Positions 49,307-61,429 of a stretch of DNA of 64,000 nucleotides are shown here, in pieces. The position numbers and the translations under genes are program-made. How positions within the stretch are numbered: the first letter of the stretch is position 1; the number at the start of each line of letters is the position of its first letter. Origin of the DNA: Eledone cirrhosa (taxonomy: Eukaryota); NCBI GenBank assembly GCA_964016885.1, contig OZ024760.1:28954001-29018000 (forward strand), written 5' to 3'. The notes below the pieces were generated by a model. That model saw only the letters and a program-made list of their open reading frames with translations, was not told where the DNA came from and did no database searches.

Positions 49307-52290
49307 TAGAGTACAGTAGTAGTGGTGGTGGTGTGGTGTATGGGGGGAGGTAGAGTACAGTAGTAGTGGTGGTGGTGTGGTGTATGGGGGGAGGTAGAGT
49401 ACAGTAGTAGTGGTGGTGGTGTGGTGTATGGGGGGAGGTAGAGTACAGTAGTAGTGGTGGTGGTGTGGTGTATGGGGGGAGGTAGAGTACAGTAGTAGTG
49501 GTGGTGGTGTGGTGTATGGGGGAGGTAGAGTACAGTAGTAGTGGTGGTGGTGTGGTGTATGGGGGGAGGTAGAGTACAGTAGTAGTGGTAGTGGTGTGGT
49601 GTATGGGGGGAGGTAGAGTACAGTAGTAGTGGTGGTGTGGTGTATGGGGGGAGGTAGAGTACAGTGGTGGTGGTGTGGTGTATGGGGGGAGGTAGAGTAC
49701 AGTGGTAGTGGTGGTGGTGTGGTGTATGGGGGGAGGTAGAGTACAGTGGTGGTGGTGGTGTGGTGTATGGGGGGAGGTAGAGTACAGTAGTAGTGGTGGT
49801 GGTGTGGTGTATGGGGAGAGGTAGAGTACAGTGGTGGTGGTGTGGTGTATGGGGGGAGGTAGAGTACAGTAGTAGTGGTGTGGTGTATGGGGGGAAGTAG
49901 AGTACAGTAGTAGTGGTGGTGGTGGTGGTGTAGTGTATGGGGTGGGGTAAAGTACAGTGGTAGTGGGTGGTGTAGGGAGGAGAGGTAGAATACAGTGGTA
50001 GTGGTGGTGGTGTGGTGTATGGGGGGAGGTAGAGTACAGTAGTAGTGGTGGTGGTGTGGTGTATGGGGAGAGGTAGAGTACAGTGGTGGTGGTGTGGTGT
50101 ATGGGGGAGGTAGAGTACAGTAGTAGTGGTGTGGTGTATGGGGGGAAGTAGAGTACAGTAGTAGTGGTGGTGGTGGTGGTGTAGTGTATGGGGTGGGGTA
50201 AAGTACAGTGGTAGTGGGTGGTGTAGGGAGGAGAGGTAGAATACAGTGGTAGTGGTGGTGGTGTGGTGTATGGGGGGAGGTAGAGTACAGTAGTAGTGGT
50301 GGTGGTGTGGTGTATGGGGAGAGGTAGAGTACAGTAGTAGTGGTGGTGGTGAGGTGTATGGGGAGAGGTAGAGTACAGTAGTAGTGGTGGTGGTGTGGTG
50401 TATGGGGAGAGGTAGAGTACAGTAGTAGTGGTGGTGGTGAGGTGTATGGGGAGAGGTAGAGTACAGTAGTAGTGGTGGTGGTGAGGTGTATGGGGAGAGG
50501 TAGAGTACAGTAGTAGTGGTGGTGGTGTGGTGTATGGGGGGAGGTAGAGTACAGTAGTAGTGGTGGTGGTGTGGTGTATGGTGGGAGGTAGAGTACAGTG
50601 GTGGTGGTGTGGTGTATGGGGGGAGGTAGAGTACAGTGGTAGTGGTGGTGGTGTGGTGTATGGGGGGAGGTAGAGTACAGTAGTAGTGGTGGTGGTGAGG
50701 TGTATGGGGAGAGGTAGAGTACAGTAGTAGTGGTGTGGTGTATGGGGAGAGGTAGAGTACAGTGGTAGTGGTGGTGGTGTGGTGTATGGGGGGAGGTAGA
50801 GTACAGTAGTAGTGGTGGTGGTGTGGTGTATGGTGGGAGGTAGAGTACAGTAGTAGTGGTAGTGGTGTGGTGTATGGGGGGAGGTAGAGTACAGTAGTGG
50901 TGGTGGTGAGGTGTATGGGGAGAGGTAGAGTACAGTAGTAGTGGTGGTGGTGTGGTGTATGGGGAGAGGTAGAGTACAGTAGTAGTGGTGGTGGTGTGGT
51001 GTATGGGGGAGGTAGAGTACAGTAGTAGTGGTGGTGGTGAGGTGTATGGGGAGAGGTAGAGTACAGTAGTAGTGGTGTGGTGTATGGGGAGAGGTAGAGT
51101 ACAGTGGTAGTGGTGGTGGTGTGGTGTATGGGGGGAGGTAGAGTACAGTAGTAGTGGTGGTGGTGTGGTGTATGGTGGGAGGTAGAGTACAGTAGTAGTG
51201 GTGGTGGTGTGGTGTATGGGGAGAGGTAGAGTACAGTGGTGGTGGTGTGGTGTATGGGGGGAGGTAGAGTACAGTAGTAGTGGTGGTGGTGTGGTGTATG
51301 GGGAGAGGTAGAGTACAGTGGTAGTGGTGGTGGTGTGGTGTATGGGGGGAGGTAGAGTACAGTAGTAGTGGTGGTGGTGTGGTGTATGGGGAGAGGTAGA
51401 GTACAGTGGTGGCGGTGTGGTGTATGGGGGGAGGTAGAGTACAGTAGTAGTGGTGGTGGTGTGGTGTATGGGGAGAGGTAGAGTACAGTGGTAGTGGTGG
51501 TGGTGTGGTGTATGGGGGGAGGTAGAGTACAGTAGTAGTGGTGGTGGTGTGGTGTATGGTGGGAGGTAGAGTACAGTAGTAGTGGTGGTGGTGTGGTGTA
51601 TGGGGAGAGGTAGAGTACAGTGGTGGTGGTGTGGTGTATGGGGGGAGGTAGAGTACAGTAGTAGTGGTGTGGTGTATGGGGGGAAGTAGAGTACAGTAGT
51701 AGTGGTGGTGGTGGTGTAGTGTATGGGGTGGGGTAAAGTACAGTGGTAGTGGGTGGTGTAGGAGGAGAGGTAGAATACAGTGGTAGTGGTGGTGGTGTGG
51801 TGTATGGGGGGAGGTAGAGTACAGTAGTAGTGGTGGTGGTGTGGTGTATGGGGGGGAGGTAGAGTACAGTAGTAGTGGTGGTGGTGTGGTGTATGGGGGG
51901 AGGTAGAGTACAGTAGTAGTGGTGGTGGTGGTGAGGTGTATGGGGAGAGGTAGAGTACAGTAGTAGTGGTGGTGGTGAGGTGTATGGGGAGAGGTAGAGT
52001 ACAGTAGTAGTGGTGGTGGTGAGGTGTATGGGGAGAGGTAGAGTACAGTAGTAGTGGTGGTGGTGTGGTGTATGGGGGGAGGTAGAGTACAGTGGTAGTG
52101 GTGGTGGTGTGGTGTATCGGGGAGAGGTACAGTAGTAGTGTTGGTGGTGTGGTGTATGGGGGGAGGTAGAGTACAGTGGTAGTGGTGGGGTGTATGGAGG
52201 GAGGTAGAGTACAGTAGTAGTGGTGGTGGTGTGGTGTATGTGTGGAGGTAGAGTACAGTAGTAGTGGTAGTGGTGTAGTGTAGGGGGGGA
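49307..52290. repeat. G-rich ~44-bp minisatellite, ~3 kb
   Basis: Unit agagtacagtagtagtggtggtggtgtggtgtatggggggaggt with trinucleotide length variants. Confidence 0.95.
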
Positions 52291-52349
52291 TGTAGGCAAA
52301 GATAGAGTACAGATTGCAGTGTGGGTATGGTGTATTAGAGGATGGTGTT

Positions 52350-52945
52350 ACACCACCAACACACCATCACCAACACCACCAACACACCACCACCAACACC
52401 ACCAACACACCATCACCAACACCACCAACACACCAGCACCAACACAGCGCCAACACAGCACCAACACATCACCAACACACTACCAACACAGCACCAACAC
52501 ATCACCAACACACCACCAACACACCACCAACACACCACCAACACATCACCAACACATCACCAACAAACCACCAACACCAACACACCACCAACACCAACAC
52601 ACCACCAACACACCACCAACACACCACCAACACACCACCAACACCACCAACACACCACCAACACCACCAACACACCACCAATACACCACCAATACACCAC
52701 CAACACACCACCAACACACCACCAACACCACTAATACCAACACACCACCAACACCACCAACACACCACCAACACACCACCAACACACCACCAACACACCA
52801 CCAACACACCACCAACACACCACCAACACACCACCAACACACCACCAACACACCACCAACACACCACCAACACACCACCAACATACCACCAACACACCAT
52901 CACCAACGCACCACCAACACCACCAACACGACCAACAAACCACCA
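52350..52945. repeat. C/A-rich 11-bp-based repeat (caccaccaaca)n
   Basis: Direct inspection. Confidence 0.9.
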
Positions 52946-53626
52946 ATACAATCCCTACCACCAACTTATGTTCTACCAACACCTCCAATATCACCCCCCC
53001 CACCAACTAATACCCCCCATTAACCTCAAAATGCCCCCACCCCACCCACCAACCAACTAATACCCCCCATTAACCTCACCATCAAAGTCTTTCATTCTCT
53101 GTTTACCATTCTACTTGTTCCATCATTTCATTATTATTAATCTGAAATGTTATCAAAGGTAAGCAAATGTTCCGACAAACTTGTACGAGTTAATGGTTGG
53201 ATTTATAGTACATTTAGTAGACTTGGTAGTTTTAGTAGAATTAGTAGTTTTAGTAGACTTACTGTAAACTCTTAGATCTCTTCTCTTTACTCAGAGAAAA
53301 TGCTGCTTAAAATTACTTGTTTTCCTTCGTGTCACTCTTTTGCTGCGATTTATTAAATTTCTAAATAAATTTCTGCCATTTTTGGGGCTTATTTATTAAT
53401 TCTTTAAAAAAAAAAAAATGTTTCTCTCTCCCCATTTTGTGGTTGAATGTTCTGTTTGAAGATGTTGTTGTTGCTGTTGTTGCATGTTTGAGGGTGGGTA
53501 TGGTTTGATTTGGCAGGAGTCATGACTACTGATTGGTGTTGGGTTTACAGTGTTTGATGAGGGTTAGTACACCAATTGGAGCAATGGCTGTCTTTTTTAC
53601 GTACACACGTATATATATGTGTGTGT

Positions 53627-53667
<41 letters not shown>

Positions 53668-53668
<1 letters not shown>

Positions 53669-53912
53669 GATGCCTGCCCCCTCGTTATCGAGTATGGCCA
53701 TTGCACGATATACCATTATTAATAATTATTAATTAATTCTATCGTGCAATGCCTGTGCGTGAAGATATATTTTAAAGTGAGGAAAGACTGTGCACAGAGC
53801 CAATCCCACTCTCTGAGCCACAGTAGCTCTAACCCAAAAAGAAGAAAAGATCAACATCATCGGTAACTACTGAGCAGCAGGTTTTATATCGTAGTTATCC
53901 CAGTTTCCTGAG
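53668..53912 (-). mobile_element. Family C repeat copy
   Basis: Reverse complement of 22825-23066. Confidence 0.75.
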
Positions 53913-54071
53913 TTGCCTTCTTCTAGAAGAATGCCCTGACAAAGGCTAGGGGTCCTTCACTCCCAGTGGTTTAACTGTGCAGTACATGTGTATATACATA
54001 TTTACACACTTTTGGATGGTCGTTGACTCTTATGAGTTCTTCCGCCCTTTGTATATATATGCATATATATA

Positions 54072-54465
54072 CATCATCATCATTTTACGTCCACTTTTCA
54101 TGGTCCTTCGACATCTCCGTGAGTTTCAGCAATCTGAAGTCTGCTCTCACCACCTCCACCCATGTTTTTCGTGGTATCCACTACTATGTCTTCCTTCTAC
54201 TGGGATTTCTTAGCACTTCTTTACCCAGCAGTCATCCTCCATGCTCATCACATGTCCATACCAACACAACCTTCTCTCCTGCACACTACAACTTATCCCT
54301 CTTATACACAGTTTCTCTCTCAACTCATCCATGCTTGGTCATTCACGCACATTAACATTGCACATCCAACGGAGCATGCTTGCTTCATTTCTCTCCAGCT
54401 AGTTTTCTTTTCATATCCTCTTCATATCCTCCGCAGAGGCTGCCCATGTCTCACTACCATGCAGC
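54072..54465 (-). mobile_element. Decayed RTE LINE C-terminal fragment
   Basis: Minus strand reads LERNEASMLRWMCNVNVRE...ELREKL.IRGI...QERRL.WYGHVM, homologous to 13715-13870; (GAT)n tail. Confidence 0.8.
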
Positions 54466-54545
54466 ATATATATATATACATACATATATATGCACATCAT
54501 CATCATCATCATCATGATATGTCCGCTTTACCCTGCTTGCACCCA

Positions 54546-54584
<39 letters not shown>

Positions 54585-54593
54585 GTGTATATA

Positions 54594-54860
54594 TCATCAT
54601 CATCATCATTTCATTTTACGTCCACTTTTCCCTGCTTGCAAGGGTGGGATGGGAACTGATTCTGGCTTGATTTCTACAGCTGGATGCCCTTCCTAACACC
54701 AACCTCATTTACAGTGTGGGCTGGGTGCTTTTTTGCCGTGGCACCTCCACGACGACTTTACAGTGGAATGATAGGGACCCCAGTCCCTGCCATCTCATTT
54801 CTACAGCTGAGTAAACTGGAGCAATGTGAAATAAAGTGTCTTGCTCAAGGAAACAACACA
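54594..54860 (-). mobile_element. SINE family B copy lacking the tRNA head, ending ~30 bp before an exon
   Basis: Matches 47805-48062. Confidence 0.85.
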
Positions 54861-54889
54861 TATATATATAATGTTATTGTTATTTGCAG

Positions 54890-54981
54890 ATGAACTATCA
54901 GGAATCTATGTCCAAAGTATAGCTGAAGGTAGTGCTGCCCATCTTGATGGGAGAACACAAGTGAATGACCAAATTATTGAG
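54890..54981 (+). CDS. MPDZ: Coding exon: middle of PDZ3 (DELSGIYVQSIAEGSAAHLDGRTQVNDQIIE)
   Basis: Acceptor tttgcag|AT, donor GAG|gtaagt; 92 nt, phase 1/0; joins the previous exon in frame (G+AT = Asp). Confidence 0.9.
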
Positions 54982-55034
54982 GTAAGTTCTTAACCATTTG
55001 GGGAGGTGGAGAGTGGCCTATATATATATATATG

Positions 55035-55808
55035 TCATCATCATCATCATCGTTTGACGTCCATCTTCCACGCTAGCATGGGTTAGACGGTTTTGTCCCA
55101 CTCGAGACAAGATTGGTCAGGTGACCATGTCTCGCTCATATAGAACTGTTTCTGGCTGGTTTTCTATGGCTGGATGCCCTTCCTATCACTAAAACCACAT
55201 TATCAGTCTGGACTGGGAGCCTTTTTACCGTGTCACCTACATGACCACTTTACAGTGTGTACTGGGAGCCTTTTTACCGTGTCACCTACATGACCACCTT
55301 ATAGTGTGGACTGGGAGCCTTTTTACCATGTCTCCTGCATGACCACTTTACAGTGTGGGCTGGGAGCCTTTTTACCGTGTCTCCTACATGACCACTTTAC
55401 AGTGTGGACTGGGAGCCTTTTTACTGTGTCTCCTACACAACCTCTTTACAGTGTGGATTGGGAGCCTTTTTACCGTGTCTCCTACACAACCACTTTACAG
55501 TGTGGGCTGGGAGCCTTTTTACTGTGTCTCCTACATGACCACTTTACAGTGTGGACTGGGAGCCTTTTTACCGTGTCTCCTACATGACCACTTTACAGTG
55601 TGGACTGGGAGCTTTTTTACCATGTCTCCTACACGACCACTTTACAGTGTGGACTAGGAGCCTTTTTACCGTGTCTCCTACACAACCTCTTTACAGTGTG
55701 GACTGGGAGCTTTTTTACCATGTCTCCTACACGACCACTTTACAGTGTGGACTGGGAGCCTTTTTACCGTGTCTCCTGCATGACCCCTTTACAGTGTGGG
55801 CTGGGTGT
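55035..55808 (-). repeat. RTE 3' UTR fragment whose 49-bp internal unit is amplified ~12 times (55205-55800)
   Basis: 55035-55200 matches the tail at 10740-10890; unit gtgtggactgggagcctttttaccgtgtctcctacatgaccactttaca matches the reverse complement of 10680-10730. Confidence 0.9.
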
Positions 55809-55847
55809 TCTGTGGTACCAACATAACTTTACAGAGAAAGGGTGTTT

Positions 55848-56882
55848 TATACCATACCACCCAATACCATTCTACACCATTCCATTCTGTTCTATTCCAT
55901 ACTATTCTACTCCATTCCATTCCATTCTATTCTACACCATTCTACTCCATTCCATACCATTCTAAACCACTCCATACCATTCTACTCCATTCTACACGAT
56001 TCCATACCATTCTACACGATTCCATACCATTCTACACGATTCCATACCATTCTACTCCATTCAATACCACTCTACTCTATTCCATACCATTCTACTCCAT
56101 TCCATACCATTCTACACCATTCCATACCATTCTACACCATTCCACACCATTCTACTCCATTCCACACCATTCTACTCCATTCCACACCATTCTACTCCAT
56201 TCCACACCATTCTAAACCATTCCACACCATTCCACACCATTCTACTCCATTCCACACCATTCTACACCATTCCATACCATTCTACACCATTCCATACCAT
56301 TCTACACCATTCCACACCATTCTACTCCATTCTACACCATTCCACACCATTCTACTCCATTCTACACCATTCCACACCATTCTACTCCATTCTACACCAT
56401 TCCACACCATTCCACACCATTCCACACCATTCTACACCATTCCACACCATTCGACACCATTCCACACCACTCCACACCATTCTACTCCATTCCACACCAT
56501 TCCATTCCATTCTACACCATTCTACTCCATTCCATACCATTCTACTCCATTCCATACCATTCTACTCCATTCCACACCATTCTACTCCATTCCACACCAT
56601 TCTACTCCATTCCACACCATTCTACACCATTCTACTCCATTCCACACCATTCTACACCATTCTACTCCATTCCACACCATTCTACACCATTCTACACCAT
56701 TCCATACCATTCCATACCATTCTACACCATTCCATACCATTCTACACCATTCCACACCATTCTACACCATTCCACACCATTCTACACCATTCCATACCAT
56801 TCTACACCATTCCATACCATTCTACACCATTCCATACCATTCTACACTATTCCATACCATTCTACACCATTCCATACCATTC
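55848..56882. repeat. 5/10-bp (CCATT)-type satellite abutting a splice acceptor
   Basis: Alternating ccatt with ctaca/ccaca/ctact/ccata. Confidence 0.95.
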
Positions 56883-56890
56883 TGTTGCAG

Positions 56891-57026
56891 GTTGATGGTA
56901 AATCTCTGAATGGCTTCTCTAACAGTGATGCAGTGAAACTTCTACAACAGACAGACAGAACTGTCAACTTAAAACTGATCCGTTACAGACGTGGGAACAA
57001 ATATGAACTACTACAGCAATATATTG
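56891..57026 (+). CDS. MPDZ: Coding exon: end of PDZ3 (VDGKSLNGFSNSDAVKLLQQTDRTVNLKLIRYRRGNKYELLQQYI)
   Basis: Acceptor gttgcag|GTT, donor ATTG|gtaaga; 136 nt, phase 0/1; completes the PDZ fold (VDG..L.G.S..AV.LL.....V.L.L.R). Confidence 0.9.
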
Positions 57027-57078
57027 GTAAGACAAACACCTTTGATATTTCTTATTTATGGTTCCACTGTCATTGGTG

Positions 57079-58063
57079 TGGCCTTGTGGTTAGGGGGTTG
57101 GGATTATGACTATAATGATGTGGGTGTGATCCCTGGACTGGGTGGTATATGGCCTTGTGGTTAGGGGGTTGGGATTATGACTATAATGATGTGGGTGTGA
57201 TCCCTGGACTGGGTGGTATATGGCCTTGTGATTAGGGGGTTGGGATTATGACTATAATGATGTGGGTTTGATCCCTGGACTGGGTGGTATATGGCCTTGT
57301 GGTTAGGGGGTTGGGATTATGACTATAATGATGTGGGTTTGATCCCTGGACTGGGTGGTATATGGCCTTGTGGTTAGGGGGTTGGGAATATGTCTATAAT
57401 GATGTGGGTTTGATCTCTGGACTGGGTGGTATATGGCCTTGTGGTTAGGGGGTTGGGATTATGACTATAATGATGTGGGTTTGATCTCTGGACTGGGTGG
57501 TACATGGCCTTGTGATTAGGGTGTTGGGATTATGACTATAATGATGTGGGTTTGATCTCTGGACTGGGTGGTATATGGCCTTGTGGTTAGGGGGTTGGGA
57601 TTATGACTATAATGATGTGGGTTTGATCTCTGGACTGGGTGGTATATGGCCTTGTGGTTAGGGGGTTGGGATTATGACTATAATGATGTGGGTTTGATCT
57701 CTGGACTGGGTGGTATATGGCCTTGTGGTTAGGGGGTTGGGATTATGACTATAATGATGTGGGTTTGATCTCTGGACTGGGTGGTATATGGCCTTGTGGT
57801 TAGGGGGTTGGGATTATGACTATAATGATGTGGGTTTGATCTCTGGACTGGGTGGTATATGGCCTTGTGGTTAGGGGGTTGGGATTATGACTATAATGAT
57901 GTGGGTTTGATCTCTGGACTGGGTGGTACATGGCCTTGTGATTAGGGGGTTGGGATTATGACTATAATGATGTGGGTTTGATCTCTGGACTGGGTGGTAC
58001 ATGGCCTTGTGGTTAGGGTGTTGGACTTACAATGATAATGACGTGGGTTTAAGTCCTAGACTG
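57079..58063 (+). repeat. 71-bp minisatellite, 13 full copies plus one, unit is a tRNA-like SINE head
   Basis: tggccttgtgg recurs every 71 bp from 57079 to 58002; the last unit matches the SINE head at 28849-28880. Confidence 0.9.
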
Positions 58064-58205
58064 GTACTTTTTTTTTTTATCACCCTCAAATGAATGAAAG
58101 GCAAAGTTGACCTCAGCAGGATTTGAACTCACAGAACAGAGAACCAAAACAAATACTGCAAAGTATTCTATCTGACTTCCTAACAACTCTGCCAATTTAC
58201 TGCCA
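58058..58205 (-). mobile_element. Degenerate SINE family A copy
   Basis: gaaaggcaaagttgacctcagcaggatttgaactcacag. Confidence 0.7.
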
Positions 58206-58890
58206 AATGAAAGAAGAATAGGTTTGAAGAAAGAAGGGGAGAGAATTTGAGCCAAAAATTCTGGGGGTAATTTGGTTTTCTTGAATCTATGTCAGTGAAA
58301 TCAGCTGTCCTACTAGAAACAATGTGGGACATGTGAAATATGTGACATGTGAAACAGTTTTCAAACCAGTCATCATCATCATCATCATCATTATATGTCT
58401 GTGACCATCCCATCGTAACTTTGTCATAATATGTCTGGCATTACATTATCAAATTTAGACTTTCTCTTCTTTTTTTGTTGTTGTTGTTGTTATTGTTTTT
58501 TTTTCCAGCTGTTATGGTGTAATTTGAGGGATGTTTGTCTGCTATTTCTAGCTGTTTGTGTGACTGTATAAATGTTCCCTCTTTGTCTCATGTTGTTGTT
58601 ATTGTTGTTGTACCCCAAGTCAACTCTGATCCAGCAGAAATGTGCTCAGACAGATTACAGTTGTAACTATCCCATCTCTTTTTTCTGCCATAATCTATCT
58701 AGGAGTACATTATACAATGTGTTTTGCTTTTCGTCTTTAAGACAGTTATATGTTATTTACGGAAGATTAGCTGCTGTTTTTAACATGTCGAGAGATGGTT
58801 TCAAGTAGTTTGGTATCAAAAGGGTTTTTATATAAAGATCTCTCTACACACAACTATCTTAGAAAACCATATTTTATTAAAGTGCCAGTG

Positions 58891-58892
<2 letters not shown>

Positions 58893-58984
<92 letters not shown>

Positions 58985-59011
58985 CATACACATATGTTTA
59001 TATATACATAA

Positions 59012-59044
<33 letters not shown>

Positions 59045-59075
59045 CATACATACACATATGTTTATATATACATAA

Positions 59076-59122
<47 letters not shown>

Positions 59123-59145
59123 CACATATGTTTATATATACATAA

Positions 59146-59176
<31 letters not shown>

Positions 59177-59265
59177 CATACATACACATATATTTATATA
59201 TACATAAATATGTGTATATATATATATATATATACATACATACACATATGTTTATATATACATAA

Positions 59266-59296
<31 letters not shown>

Positions 59297-59327
59297 CATA
59301 CATACACATATGTTTATATATACATAA

Positions 59328-59372
<45 letters not shown>

Positions 59373-59395
59373 CACATATGTTTATATATACATAA

Positions 59396-59438
<43 letters not shown>

Positions 59439-59468
59439 CACATATGTTTATATATACATAAATATGTG

Positions 59469-59500
<32 letters not shown>
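58893..59500. repeat. (CT)n followed by ~8 copies of a near-palindromic unit separated by (TA)n
   Basis: Unit core cacatatgtttatatatacataaatatgtg. Confidence 0.9.
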
Positions 59501-59879
59501 TCTCTCTCTCATATATATATATATATTTGTATGTGTGTATGTGCTGTCAGTTAACAGTACAAATAATACAGCAAACATTTTGTTCAAGGCTAACATATTT
59601 CAGACAATACCTTAACGCTAAAAGCTATAAAATTAGTAATTAGGTTTATAGAAAGAAGTCTTAAAACATATTTTACAAGCAAGCAAGTGTGTTTTGTAAG
59701 CTTCACAAATTTCCACGGATAAAAGAAATGCTTTTTGTTCAGAATGAAGAGCAAGAATATAATTCGTTTATTGTTTCCGACTTTCAGAACTCTTTGTTTC
59801 ATGATAAAATTTAAAGTTGACTTCGCTTGTTGAATAATATTCATCTTCCTGTTATGACAACATCACTAAAAAATATATA

Positions 59880-59942
<63 letters not shown>

Positions 59943-60371
59943 ACATATAAAATTATATAAATTATATAAAAATGTATAGAAAGGATATATAATAAATTAT
60001 ATAAAAAATATATATAGTATATAAAGATATATATATATATAATATATAAACTATACATATAATATATAAAAATATATAACATAATATATATATATATATA
60101 TAAAATATATATAATTTATAACAAATATATAAGCACATGTATAAAAACTATATAGATTAGAACAAATATTTATAAAATATATATAAAATATTTTTAAAAT
60201 ATATTTAAAAAAATGGAGAAAATATTAAATGAAGAACTATCTGTTCCATCTTTTGTATCTTCTTTGAGATATGAAAAGTTGTTTATTGTGGTTTATAAAT
60301 TGTAATTTCTTTGTGATTCCCCCTCTACATTTGTCTTTTTCTACTTTTTATTATATTGTTATCACATCACC

Positions 60372-60560
<189 letters not shown>

Positions 60561-61429
60561 CTTCTTTATATTATTATATTATTATTTAGTTATACAATCA
60601 CTTGCTGGGCTTTTATGATTAGTATTACCTGTTTTTCTTCAGGTTATTTTTATATTCGATTATTATTATTATTATTGTTAGTGTTATTATTGTTGTTGTT
60701 GTTGTTTTTGTTGTTACGTTTTATTATTCACATAATTATTTAGTGCTTTATTCCAATATTGAATGTAATTAGTTTATTGTAAGATGCTGTTGTTGTTATT
60801 GTTTTAGTGTCAGTTCTGTAGCATAATTATCCCCCTCCTCTCTACCACCACCCTCCCCTGTTTCTTTGTTATATTTTTTTAATGAGTGTCCCCCTTTTTT
60901 ATGTTATTTTTCTCCCCCTACCTCACCCATGTTCCTTCTTTGTGTTAGTTTAGTATAGAACAAATACGATTTACATCATAGCAGTATTTGTAGTTGTGTC
61001 CCCTATATTCCGAGTTCAGATTCTGTTAAGGGAAACTCTGTCTTTTATCTATAATTTCCATTGAACCCTTTTGATATTAAACAGACCGAAACCATCTCTG
61101 GTTCTATGACACAAACCTGTTTATTTCAAATCACTTATATTGTACGCACATGGTAAACAATAAAGCCCTGTGTTGTCCTTCTCCGACACAACACTTTCCC
61201 CTCAGAAAATCCCCCTGTTGATGGATGTGAAATCCGAAATATAGGGACTATTAAATTGCTTCCAAGGTAACTCTATCCCGTGTTATTTTTTACACTTTTC
61301 TTTCGTTCTTTTACACTCTCTACATCTCTTTCTACACTTCCTCTTACTTCTCTCTCTTTCTCAATACCACCTGATTCTGTTAACTGGAGATTTACCCATC
61401 TGCATTGTTGAGGCTTCCAAAACGACTAT

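Noticed and set aside
49306-53060. 997-aa His/Pro/Thr-rich ORF and neighbours
   Set aside because: Translation cycles through all frames of a 44-bp unit; minisatellite artefact.
58509-58800. Candidate next exon after ttttccag
   Set aside because: No convincing open frame or PDZ-protein similarity; it resembles the repeat motif seen at 27260-27290.
57079-59500. CRISPR-like appearance of regular arrays (also 9095-10197 and 34755-34965)
   Set aside because: There are no unique spacers (units are contiguous or separated only by (TA)n), no cas genes, and the context is eukaryotic.
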